A stretch of 64,000 bases of DNA from Escherchia phage Stokescottia: the sequence record OR896820.1; one strand, 5' to 3'. The notes beneath the pieces were generated by a model. The model had not been told where the DNA came from. It made no database searches and was given only the letters and a program-made list of their open reading frames with translations. Below, piece after piece: positions 46,497 through 55,572 of the stretch (the stretch's first letter is position 1; each line of letters begins with the position of its first letter). The translations under genes were made by a program, and so were the position numbers.

Positions 46497-46943
46497 ATGA
46501 GAGAAAAAGTAAATGAATTACTAATCGAGGAAGCTAATAACTTCCCAATAAATAGGTTTGTCAAATCGGATGGATCTATTAATAGAACTAAGATTAAGCA
46601 GCTACATCCCGACTTTCAGCAAGAAGCACTAAATCTTATATTTATCAAGAAAGCTGTTGCAGTTCATGGAGCTTTCTTTGGGTATGAGCGTGTAAATTAT
46701 AAAACAATGCAACAGCAAGTCGAGATCTATTGTCCAGATCATGAAGGGTATTATTGGCAAACTGCTAGATCTCATTTAGAAGGGCATGGTTGTCGACTGT
46801 GTGCACACAAGGTTGTGCAGCGTGTCACGGATTATGGAACTTATACCGTACCAGCATGTTATCATAAATTTGTAATTGACGATAATCATATAGTTTGGTA
46901 TAATAAGTTTTCAAAGTTAAGAATGGAGATAAATAGTGAGTAG
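46497..46943 (+). CDS. hypothetical protein
   Basis: ORF track. Confidence 0.5.
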   Translation: MREKVNELLIEEANNFPINRFVKSDGSINRTKIKQLHPDFQQEALNLIFIKKAVAVHGAFFGYERVNYKTMQQQVEIYCPDHEGYYWQTARSHLEGHGCRLCAHKVVQRVTDYGTYTVPACYHKFVIDDNHIVWYNKFSKLRMEINSE

Positions 46944-47226
46944 CTATATTATATGGTCAAACCCATTAGCAGCACTTAGTAACAAACTATTTAAAACAAC
47001 GTGGGGCTATAATGAAATAGACTTAGGCAGTCGCCCCGTACCAAATACATGCTCACTAGTCCCAGATCTGTATAAAGTAATAATAAATGATGTAGAGTAT
47101 TTAGTTGACGAATTTGACAGAAGGTATATACTAGAGTGCATTTACGATAACAACACATCAATGAATGAACTGATAGATCATGCCCAAATGTGTGATAAAA
47201 GCTGGATGTTAATATGGAAATCATAG
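46936..47226 (+). CDS. hypothetical protein
   Basis: ORF track. Confidence 0.45.
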   Translation: MSSYIIWSNPLAALSNKLFKTTWGYNEIDLGSRPVPNTCSLVPDLYKVIINDVEYLVDEFDRRYILECIYDNNTSMNELIDHAQMCDKSWMLIWKS

Positions 47227-47447
47227 CAATTATTTTAGTAGTTATGTTATTCATCGTAGTACTTGTATCTTTTGCTATTATGCGTAGAGCTAGAGAACTA
47301 GCAGAAGATCTAATAAAATTACGTGGTGAGGTAGCGGGTCTCAAACTACAACGTGAAGCTCTCAAGCTATTCGTAGCTCAAGGTAGTGTAGAGCATACAG
47401 CGGAAGACTTCATCGTATATCTTAAACGTTACATGGGAGTTAAATAA
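47214..47447 (+). CDS. membrane protein
   Basis: N-terminal TM helix. Confidence 0.45.
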   Translation: MEIIAIILVVMLFIVVLVSFAIMRRARELAEDLIKLRGEVAGLKLQREALKLFVAQGSVEHTAEDFIVYLKRYMGVK

Positions 47448-47632
47448 TGGAAACACTTTTTCTTTTAATGCTCGTAGGTTCTCTGTTACTAATACTAGCA
47501 CTTCTACTAATCTGCAACATTCTTAATAATAAGAATCTAGAGCTAAAGTGGGAGAATCAAATCCTTAACCGTGAACTTAAACAATATAACATTGCAGCCC
47601 ATAAACTGTTAGACAAACTGGAGAATATATAA
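47447..47632 (+). CDS. membrane protein
   Basis: N-terminal TM helix. Confidence 0.45.
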   Translation: METLFLLMLVGSLLLILALLLICNILNNKNLELKWENQILNRELKQYNIAAHKLLDKLENI

Positions 47633-48246
47633 TGTTTACACAACAACCTATTCAAGTAGTACCGGATCATGAACTGAATACGTGGGATTATAGCTTTAAA
47701 GATTTAACCGCTACTGTACAATTTAAGTCTATGAAGCTAACATTTGCACACAATGACCTTAGAGCATGTAAAGATCTTGAGGATAAGCTCGAAGATGCTC
47801 GTAAGATTTTTGGCAAGGCTCGCATCCCAGCTGATAATCTAATTAACGCATTAATCGATGCAGGGTACAAACTTGTGAAGACTGAGGTGAACCGCCCTAG
47901 TACTCCAGTGACTATTAGAGATCCGTGGCAGTCCGGGACAATCTCAATGCTGAATAACTCCGATAAAAGATTAATGTCGGATATGCACAATGTTCCTTGT
48001 GGGGGTGTGGTAAGTAGTACGCAGTCATATAAGTTTGTGGAAGATTACGGCCCTTCTGTACAGTTGAAACATACTCAAGAAGCTTTTGAATCTGATATGC
48101 GAAGCGTAGCACCTGCGGATGCTGGAGTTTCTAGGAGTTCTGTTTGTACTATTCATTTTAATAATCCTAATAAACATGGAAGTTTAGAAGATGCTATTAT
48201 GGAGGCGTTGGGAGCTGCTATTAATGAAGATAAGAGGGGTAATTAA
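47632..48246 (+). CDS. hypothetical protein
   Basis: ORF track. Confidence 0.5.
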   Translation: MFTQQPIQVVPDHELNTWDYSFKDLTATVQFKSMKLTFAHNDLRACKDLEDKLEDARKIFGKARIPADNLINALIDAGYKLVKTEVNRPSTPVTIRDPWQSGTISMLNNSDKRLMSDMHNVPCGGVVSSTQSYKFVEDYGPSVQLKHTQEAFESDMRSVAPADAGVSRSSVCTIHFNNPNKHGSLEDAIMEALGAAINEDKRGN

Positions 48247-49136
48247 TGGGATTTTATAGTAATAGAAAACCAAAAGGTGTAACTGGTAAATTCGCAGTTG
48301 AAGAAAGACCTTTTCCACCAGTCGATGTAGAGAAACTACGTAAACTTCTAGAAATGCTAGAAGGTTGCCATGAACGTTGTTATTCTGAACTCTCTTTAAA
48401 TGAAAAACGTGTTGTTGAGATGTTCTGTATTCGTTCAGCTAGAACAGCTAAAGGTACTTCTCCAAAAGATGAAGTAAAAGAATACAGAGTTCTAGTGATG
48501 CATGCTTGGGCACAACGTTTTGCAGTTCATTCGCTTCAGGAATGGTTTAATCTTCCTGCATATAAAGATTTCCATGTTTACGAAGATGAAGTTATGAATT
48601 ATAATGAGTTATATGGTTTGTCCTTCAAAAAGACAGGCTCACCGATGCATGATGCACTCAATTCATTCCCTGATCATTACCTTCCAGTTCGTGAATACAG
48701 AGATCGTGAAGGAAATAAACCCTGCTTCACTATTTGGAATAAGTCTAAGACGATATCTGATCTAGATAATTATTGGTTCCGCACAAAAGAAGGATTCCTA
48801 GGAACAGAACCTTTACCTAAGGATCTCAAACCTATCCTTCCTCCTGCGAAACCTAAGCATGAAGTAACGATTGCTATTAATAGAATAATTCTAGGAGCAG
48901 ATGATCTTACTAAACAAATCGCCGCAGTTATCGCAGTTCTGTTTGATGGTACAAATTCTTCTACACGTTATGAGAAGCTAACGGATAACAAATTGCAGAT
49001 ACCTAACGAGTTGTATGAGAGTTCGTGCAAGATCTATGATAACTTTAGTAAAGTAGATTACCCCGTGAGATCCATCAAAGAACTCATGGAGTATGCGGAG
49101 ATGGGGATGAAAGGAAATCTCATGTTCGATGAATAA
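48246..49136 (+). CDS. hypothetical protein
   Basis: 296 aa; last plus-strand gene before the repeat region. Confidence 0.5.
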   Translation: MGFYSNRKPKGVTGKFAVEERPFPPVDVEKLRKLLEMLEGCHERCYSELSLNEKRVVEMFCIRSARTAKGTSPKDEVKEYRVLVMHAWAQRFAVHSLQEWFNLPAYKDFHVYEDEVMNYNELYGLSFKKTGSPMHDALNSFPDHYLPVREYRDREGNKPCFTIWNKSKTISDLDNYWFRTKEGFLGTEPLPKDLKPILPPAKPKHEVTIAINRIILGADDLTKQIAAVIAVLFDGTNSSTRYEKLTDNKLQIPNELYESSCKIYDNFSKVDYPVRSIKELMEYAEMGMKGNLMFDE

Positions 49137-49143
49137 ACTCTAC

Positions 49144-49172
49144 TTGACGTTATGATTTCTGCATGTTATAAT
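49144..49172 (+). promoter_or_regulatory. sigma70-type promoter reading into the repeat region
   Basis: TTGACG 49144-49149, TATAAT 49167-49172. Confidence 0.45.
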
Positions 49173-49508
49173 AACTCTATGAAATAACATAGAATAAAGA
49201 GATCCACCCGGATACGGATGGTGGATGGGAAACTTCTATTTCCCCCGTAGCTTGTCGGAGGGCTAGGGAAATCTTAAGAAGTTTTGTACCATCTCACGCA
49301 ATTCGTATCCCAGGGGTGGAGCATCTCTTCCAATCTTTGGGGATCTTATACTTAAATTAAAGGTAAAACTTTTGACCACATAATTTACATTTAAGATGAT
49401 ACACCGGTTGCCGCCATTCTTCCTAGGATGGCACAACACTTTCTAGTAGACTCCTAAGTTTCTAGGAATAGTTGAACACTAACTCTAGAGTTTACACTAA
49501 ACTTTAAA

Positions 49509-50230
49509 TCGGATTTGCACATGTTCTAGGGCAGTTTTTCACCTACTATAAATACCCTAGGCCGGTTTTCCTATACAGGGCGGTTATTTCTAGGAGACAT
49601 TTTTTGAAAACACATTTCCAGAAATTACTGTCGGATTTGCACATTGTGTTTCTAGAAATTTATGGTCGGATTTGCACAATTGCCTAAGTTTTCATGGACA
49701 CATAATCTCCTGAAAATGGCAGCATTATTTCGGGCCGAAGGCCCATGATTGCCTGAGTTTTTAGAGCCACAGAAATTTTCACTTGTCAAGCTATTTTGCC
49801 CCATTTTGCTAATAAAATTTTACTTTATCTCGCCCCAAGCCCAATTAACCCAAATTATCTCAACTCTTCCCCAAAAACGCAGCAAATCAGGTGCCCCGCA
49901 CCAAATATGCTGCCCCTCTAGCTTCTCCCTCTATTTTCTCTCGCTCTCTCATCTTCTCCCCAAACTCACACAATCACACGCCCTCTCATCGAAGTCACAA
50001 AAATCTTGTCGGATTCGCACATCTTAATCCTAGAAAAACCATGTCGGATTTGCACATACCCCACAGGATTCGAACGCAGTTCGAGATTGCTGGAGTTTTT
50101 GGGAAAATTCATTGTCGGATTTGCACACTATAAAAATTTTTCGGGTCGGATTTGCACACTACCAAAAATTGTCGGATTCGCACATACACGCCCGCACGTA
50201 ACACCCGTGGAGCAATGTCGGATTTGCACA
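49509..50230 (+). repeat. array of nine direct repeats GTCGGATT(T/C)GCACA with irregular spacing
   Basis: Copies at 49509, 49630, 49665, 50008, 50043, 50114, 50145, 50171, 50217; all same orientation. Confidence 0.85.
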
Positions 50231-50233
50231 AAA

Positions 50234-50255
50234 GCGCAGGGCAATTGCCCTGCGC
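50234..50255. repeat. perfect 22-bp palindrome GCGCAGGGCAATTGCCCTGCGC
   Basis: Read directly; immediately follows the last direct repeat. Confidence 0.85.
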
Positions 50256-50470
50256 TAAATACGAATGATAATAAGAATCATTCTCATTTAAAAAGCGGAA
50301 TGAGAATGATAATAATTCGCATTTAGAAAGTGAAACGAGAATCAATCTCATTTAAAAAGTGAAATGATTCTCGTTTAAAAAGCGGAATGAAAATTATTCA
50401 GGAAGTGAAACGATTCTCATTTAGAAAGTGAAATACAAATGAGAATGATTCGCATTTAAGAACGGAAGTG
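50256..50470 (+). repeat. degenerate tandem repeats (~25-30 bp unit, TC[TG]CATTTA[AG]AAAG[CT]G[AG]AA[CT]GA)
   Basis: About seven imperfect units read directly. Confidence 0.75.
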
Positions 50471-50600
50471 AGAAACACTGTTATTTAAGTTATCCACAGA
50501 CTTATTAACAGCACGATTTGACTTGACAAAATTCTAGCCATTTTGAAGCGTTATCAACAGACTTATCCACAACTTATCCTACTGTATAAATATACAGTAT
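50471..50600. repeat. left copy of ~130-bp imperfect inverted repeat with DnaA-box-like motifs and a LexA-box-like palindrome
   Basis: Aligns with the reverse complement of 54490-54620; contains TTATCCACA at 50490 and 50563 and CTGTATAAATATACAG at 50582. Confidence 0.75.
50582..50597. promoter_or_regulatory. LexA-box-like palindrome CTGT-N8-ACAG (also contains TATAAATA)
   Basis: ACTGTATAAATATACAGTA matches the gammaproteobacterial SOS-box consensus TACTGTATATATATACAGTA at 18 of 20 positions. Confidence 0.5.
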
Positions 50601-50965
50601 TCCTACGCAGTGAATAATTCTAATATAGCGTTAAAACGCTCTCAAACGCATTCTAACGCGTTTAATTTTGTTGGGGATACTAAAACAAGGGCAAAATTGG
50701 AGGAGGCTTGAAAATTAGTTAGCCCGCTAACGATCACACAAGGCGACACGTAACACCCTAACCATTAGCAGGCTAACCATCGCGGACGCGGTCAAATGAG
50801 AATGATTATCCTTTGAAAATTGGGGGCACTTCCTGATAGTTGCGCCCCGTGATTATTATAGTAGTGGGCAACCGTTACGCTTTGCCCACTCCCGCCACTC
50901 ATCTTGATGCCTAGACTTGCGACGGCGTACTAAAAACCGCTTGTACCAGTGATTAAACCATCGTT

Positions 50966-51169
50966 TCATAAATCCTCCTCCGGTAGTCGATGCGTGATCT
51001 TCTCCTCTTCCCTGTAGGAGTCTGCCAAATGCTGATAATAACCATCGTGATCATAAATCACTTTATCATACTCGCCACGCTCGACCGCTTGCCGGTTCTC
51101 CGGCGTATCGGGCACGTAAAAAACATCAACCATTGTACTGATTTTGGTTACAACAATTTTATTGCTCAT
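50966..51169 (-). CDS. hypothetical protein
   Basis: ORF track; last gene of the minus-strand cassette. Confidence 0.45.
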   Translation of the reverse strand: MSNKIVVTKISTMVDVFYVPDTPENRQAVERGEYDKVIYDHDGYYQHLADSYREEEKITHRLPEEDL

Positions 51170-51221
51170 AATAACGCTCCGTTACTATATAATCTCATTG
51201 CAATACACCAAAATTATATAG

Positions 51222-51437
51222 TTACTCATATTCTAGCTCGAAAATATCCTCACCATATAATTTGATTAAATCAATTAAATAAAACGCTGTGCCAGTATTA
51301 TTATTTCTTCTTATAAATCTATGATGAGCGTCTTTAAATACATTGAATACATCCCCTATTTTACCTACTCCCCATAAATCCTGTGTTAATTTTACCCGTT
51401 TAACCTTTAGCAACATATTCCAAGTAATTTCACTCAT
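51222..51437 (-). CDS. hypothetical protein
   Basis: ORF track; ATGA overlap with upstream gene. Confidence 0.45.
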   Translation of the reverse strand: MSEITWNMLLKVKRVKLTQDLWGVGKIGDVFNVFKDAHHRFIRRNNNTGTAFYLIDLIKLYGEDIFELEYE

Positions 51438-51778
51438 TGCGCCACCTTTCGAAACGCTGTTTCAATACTATCCGCAGTGGATTGAATATACGCGCCTTTC
51501 ATTATCAGGCGCTCAGTGCATACTTTGCGGAAAATATTAATAAAATCATCTTCATTTTCTGCAATTAATGCTTCACCCATAACTTGAACGTCACAAGATG
51601 CAAAAGTTAAAAATTGAAATGCTAGTTCACGGGCAACGACCGCATTGATTTTATAATGCGCCTTGCCCTCATAAATATTAATAACGCCCTTATAAGCTGG
51701 TGAAAGCTGATTCAAATAGTTTGCTAATAATGCTGGGCGGCAATTAGCAACAAAACGATTGCCCTCATAAATAACCAT
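51434..51778 (-). CDS. hypothetical protein
   Basis: Start at 51778 (MVIYEG). Confidence 0.5.
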   Translation of the reverse strand: MVIYEGNRFVANCRPALLANYLNQLSPAYKGVINIYEGKAHYKINAVVARELAFQFLTFASCDVQVMGEALIAENEDDFINIFRKVCTERLIMKGAYIQSTADSIETAFRKVAQ

Positions 51779-51901
51779 TTGACAGCCTCCCAATTAGATA
51801 GCCAGATAATAACATAAAGATCCCCAACGAAATGGGGTCATTTTTGAATAAGGTGGCGGTAAAACCGCCAACCATTGCAAGGGCAATAACGATAACGCTT
51901 T

Positions 51902-52114
51902 TCATAGTACCCCACGAAACGCAGCGTAAAAGGTGGCAAAGTGTTTAACCGTTTCAGCGATCACGTTGCCGCGCTTATCAAATTTTTTCTCGGTAACACG
52001 AAAGGCATTTTTGTTACGTGCTACATATTCGATTTTACAATCTTCCCGCTCGAACGTGTTAACATCCACCAGCTTAAAGCCTTTCGAACGTGCAAGAGAA
52101 ACGTTGCGGATCAT
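51902..52114 (-). CDS. hypothetical protein
   Basis: ORF track. Confidence 0.45.
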   Translation of the reverse strand: MIRNVSLARSKGFKLVDVNTFEREDCKIEYVARNKNAFRVTEKKFDKRGNVIAETVKHFATFYAAFRGVL

Positions 52115-52116
52115 TT

Positions 52117-52299
52117 TTATTCTCCTTTACTAGTCATGCAGCCCAGCAGATAAGAAAATACAGCAATGCCAGCACCAATAGTAACCATTGGTTTTGTATT
52201 TACTAGACCGCAGTAGGAATCCTGAATACCATAAGCGGTGGCGAAAAGAGTCAAAATAGCGCCCAAGATACCCGCCAGAATAGCTCGAAAAATAACCAT
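52117..52299 (-). CDS. small membrane protein
   Basis: Two hydrophobic helices. Confidence 0.45.
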   Translation of the reverse strand: MVIFRAILAGILGAILTLFATAYGIQDSYCGLVNTKPMVTIGAGIAVFSYLLGCMTSKGE

Positions 52300-52348
52300 T
52301 TGTAATACTCCCCTAGTTAGTGGGGCGAAAGTAACGCCCCGTTATTAA

Positions 52349-52579
52349 TTACATTAAAACAATTTTTGCCGCTTGTTTTTTGGTACAGTGTTCCGCTTTC
52401 AGGGTATCCAGCAAAAAGCCAGCCGTTTGCTGATCGATTTTATCGGCGTTGTATAGTTCTTGGATGGTGTTATAAGTTTTAGCAATGCCGAACTCCTGCA
52501 CCATGTCATGAATGATGACGCGGTTAGACACCCAGCCTTGAGCGGTAAACAGATGACTAGCAGAAGAATAAGCAACCAT
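52349..52579 (-). CDS. hypothetical protein
   Basis: Start at 52579 after RBS GGAGG. Confidence 0.5.
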   Translation of the reverse strand: MVAYSSASHLFTAQGWVSNRVIIHDMVQEFGIAKTYNTIQELYNADKIDQQTAGFLLDTLKAEHCTKKQAAKIVLM

Positions 52580-52684
52580 TTTAAGCCTCCAAATTTTTGG
52601 GAAAATTTTCAATCCACCGTTTTGGTGTAAAGGCATTATAACAAAAAAGGCCGCCATAAAAGGCGACCTTTACAAAACTTTACA

Positions 52685-53179
52685 CTAAACTACCTGTAAG
52701 GATTCAACATTGAAACATCGTTTCAGTTCGTCATGCAAGATAGCATATTCATCCCATCGGGTACTATCAGGAATATAAACAAGCTGTTTTAATCGGTTTG
52801 CGTATATTACCGCTTTATTGCCAATTATTTCCGCGCCACCATGTTTAATAATTAATTTCATGACGGAATTAATAGGATCGCCGCCGTTTACATATGCGCC
52901 GGATTTACTCAATTGATAATGATAAAGGCTTGCATATACGTTTTCATTTTCATACCATTCGCCCGATTCCTCGTCTTCGTAACCATCGCTACCAAAACGA
53001 GAAGCGTTATCAATAGCCATTTCATGAGCGAAAGCGTCCAGATCACAACCAGCGGGAACAAAGTGTTCCTCCGTCCAACCTTCCCCGCAATAGCCAGTAT
53101 GACAATCGACCAAAATGATCATATCATGTTTTGCCGTGCTCACTTCTCCCAGTGAGAAGCCATATTTTTCTTCTGACAT
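52685..53179 (-). CDS. acidic hypothetical protein
   Basis: Start at 53179 after RBS AGGAGG; Cys/His cluster VDCHTGYCGEGW. Confidence 0.55.
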   Translation of the reverse strand: MSEEKYGFSLGEVSTAKHDMIILVDCHTGYCGEGWTEEHFVPAGCDLDAFAHEMAIDNASRFGSDGYEDEESGEWYENENVYASLYHYQLSKSGAYVNGGDPINSVMKLIIKHGGAEIIGNKAVIYANRLKQLVYIPDSTRWDEYAILHDELKRCFNVESLQVV

Positions 53180-53243
53180 AATTAGCCTCCTATTAATTAA
53201 CAAGGGAATAGTAAAGCGGGGAAACAATCCCCGCTAAATATTA

Positions 53244-54230
53244 TTACTCGCTTTCGGTGTTAGTAGTAAAAGTAGAAATATCAATACCTTTCACCATTTC
53301 ATCAATCATTTCAGCAATATTGAAACTCTGTACCATTTCCAACATTGCCGCTTCCATTGCCGCCCCTGCTACCGCTTTCGCCTTTTGGTTAGTCGGGGCG
53401 TACTGGTCAACCGCTACACTCAGCAGGTTAGCGATCACTACACGACCAATCGGCGTATCAATATAACCTTTAATCATAAACGGTGCTTTTTTAGCCGCTA
53501 CTTTCGTGATTTGAGTTAGTGCAATTTTACCCGCTTCCAGTTTTGCAGCGTTTACAACAGCGGATTTATTAGCGGCAACGATGTTAGCAATCTTGGTCAT
53601 GGTGTTTTTTCCTTTGTTTTCAGTAGTTTGAGTGTTAGAATTTACAGCCTGATTTTCAACGTAAATACTTTCTTCTCTTTCGAAAGAGAATCCCGCACTT
53701 TCGACGTCGCCATCATATACATACGGGTATAATTCCGAGGGTAACAAAAAATTACCGTCGCCATCAAAAGCCATTATAGCGGTATATTGAGATCCGTCAT
53801 TATCCGGCTTATACCATCCAGCAGGTAAATACTTCCAGATAACATCTAAAAATCCCTCAATGCTAGAAAGTCCATTTATCAGATCAAGTCCAATAAGCTC
53901 AAAACCATTTATATTAAATGATTGACGGCCTGAATTGCTATGATACGCAACAATATTATTACCCTGCGCAACAATAAAATCGGTATCCGGCCCCGCTCCC
54001 CTGCCTGTAAAGATATGGCAATCCCGATTATATAAAACTAGCGTTGCCCCTTGCTTATATAACGGTAGAAAACTATCCATATCATAGGCGTCATACTCAT
54101 CAAAAAAGTTTTGATGAATAGTTTCAACCTTGTTAATAAAATGTTTAATGCTGGTTGACTTGCTACCGTCCAGCAGGTTGCGCAATGCACCTTTTAAAAC
54201 GGTGGCATTATCAGGTTTAAAAAGCCTCAT
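53244..54230 (-). CDS. hypothetical protein (first gene of cassette)
   Basis: Start at 54230 after RBS GAGGGAGG; ~330 aa with globular N-terminal half and Ala/Lys-rich helical C-terminal half. Confidence 0.55.
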   Translation of the reverse strand: MRLFKPDNATVLKGALRNLLDGSKSTSIKHFINKVETIHQNFFDEYDAYDMDSFLPLYKQGATLVLYNRDCHIFTGRGAGPDTDFIVAQGNNIVAYHSNSGRQSFNINGFELIGLDLINGLSSIEGFLDVIWKYLPAGWYKPDNDGSQYTAIMAFDGDGNFLLPSELYPYVYDGDVESAGFSFEREESIYVENQAVNSNTQTTENKGKNTMTKIANIVAANKSAVVNAAKLEAGKIALTQITKVAAKKAPFMIKGYIDTPIGRVVIANLLSVAVDQYAPTNQKAKAVAGAAMEAAMLEMVQSFNIAEMIDEMVKGIDISTFTTNTESE

Positions 54231-54489
54231 TTGTTCGGCCTCCCTCGTTAATCGGTGAGTGAATGATATAGATATTTGTTCACTAGGGGCAAGAAAAAAG
54301 AAAATGTTTTTTATTCCTTGCCTAGCGCCTAATTTTATGCTAACCGCGCAGCGGTGTAGTAAAGAGCAAAACACGGTGAAGCCACCAGGCCGACGCATTG
54401 AGGCTTTGCTTTAATATTACCTTGCAGCGTTTAGCTCGTTAGAATGCGATTTAGGCCGCTTAAAATTGATTGCAGTCGTTAACACTACC

Positions 54490-54620
54490 TTTTTACCCTG
54501 TATATTTATACAGTAGAATAACCTGTGGATAAGTCTGTGCAAAAGTCCTTATATCGCCGCCTATCGTGTCAAATCTTTTTGTGCTGTGGATAACATTGTG
54601 GATAACTTAAATGATAGTGG
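54490..54620. repeat. right copy of ~130-bp imperfect inverted repeat
   Basis: Reverse complement aligns with 50471-50600; DnaA-box-like 9-mers at 54524, 54585, 54597 and palindrome CTGTATATTTATACAG at 54498. Confidence 0.75.
54498..54513. promoter_or_regulatory. LexA-box-like palindrome upstream of the minus-strand cassette
   Basis: CTGTATATTTATACAGTA; on the minus strand reads CTGTATAAATATACAG about 285 bp upstream of the cassette start. Confidence 0.5.
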
Positions 54621-54639
54621 TTCTCACTTAGGCCGATGG

Positions 54640-54880
54640 TTTCTTATAGTTATTATTTACTGTAGTTATTATTTATTATAATTATTATTTCTCATTAATT
54701 TATATGTATATTATATATTATGTAATAGTTAGTTGGCTAATGAGATTTTCCGTGATTAATAGTCTGCTAATAATTTAATCCGTTACAATCCACCAGCATG
54801 ATTATCATCCTAGCAATTATTAGTCTGCTATTCTTCCAATACACACTAGCAAATAAAAGTCAATTAATTTATTTCATAAA
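54640..54880. other. strongly AT-rich block (possible DNA-unwinding element)
   Basis: Runs of TTATT/ATTAT with almost no G or C; flanked by DnaA-box-like motifs. Confidence 0.5.
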
Positions 54881-54886
54881 ATAAGT

Positions 54887-54923
54887 AGTTATCCACTGGA
54901 AAATAAAAGTCAAGTGGATAACT
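54887..54923. promoter_or_regulatory. palindromic pair of DnaA-box-like motifs (GTTATCCAC-N18-GTGGATAAC)
   Basis: Read directly; operator-like inverted repeat. Confidence 0.55.
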
Positions 54924-55368
54924 AGGAAAATTTCATTTTTGCTTTTGGGGATAAGTTATCAACAAGGCTAGAATGCGCCTAAAACGCTCCAGAACGCAAT
55001 AAAGTTTTTAGCCATCCCATCATAAGGGGATAGGCCGTTTATCGCTACCACGAGCTTTTTAGATTTTGTCAAGTAGGGCAAAGCAAATATAAATGAAAAA
55101 ATTACTTGCCTATCTGCTCTGTTTTGTGGTATTCGCGCGCCCGTTTCTTTTAATTTTAGGCCGTCGCCGGACGTGGTGCGGTGAATTTTGTCTTTACGTT
55201 TCTTTACAAAAATAGGGTTGCGCCATTTTCGGGAATCCCCTATTATTTATCACGTAGGGCGGCAATGACGAACTACACGGCGGGAAGTTTACCGCCGCGC
55301 TCTTTAAAAATTGGGTACATCTTAAAGCCTATCGGCGGTAAACTTATTCATTATAAGGAATCGACGAT

Positions 55369-55572
55369 ATGAAACAAACTTTATTGATCACTGGCAAGCC
55401 TAGCAAGGCACTAGATAGCAAAACAAAAAATTTGTTGACAGTAGCGCAAAGATCGGTAAAATATCGATTCACGCAGTACAAGAAAGGTCGCCAGCAAGGT
55501 TTAGAAATGATCTGGCGAAATATTATGATTGACCTGAAAGAAAATCATAAAAAATCTCAAAAAATTGTTTGA
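55369..55572 (+). CDS. small basic protein
   Basis: ORF track; RBS aggaa. Confidence 0.4.
   Translation: MKQTLLITGKPSKALDSKTKNLLTVAQRSVKYRFTQYKKGRQQGLEMIWRNIMIDLKENHKKSQKIV

Noticed and set aside
49749-50351. ORF-track ORFs inside the repeat region (49749..50027, 49891..50133, 50006..50326, 50109..50351)
   Set aside because: They overlap each other in different frames, are made of repeat units and have low-complexity translations; the region is better explained as non-coding repeats.
49509-50470. Possible CRISPR array, because of many short direct repeats
   Set aside because: Repeats are only 14 bp with irregular spacing from about 20 to more than 300 bp, intervening sequences are not uniform spacer-like units, and no cas genes are nearby; iteron/binding-site array is the better description.
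50582-54513. Reading the CTGTATAAATATACAG palindromes only as T4-type late promoters (TATAAATA)
   Set aside because: TATAAATA is rare elsewhere in the window and not found upstream of the obvious late-type genes, while the full palindrome with flanking TA matches the LexA-box consensus; both readings remain possible, so it is reported as LexA-box-like rather than as a late promoter.
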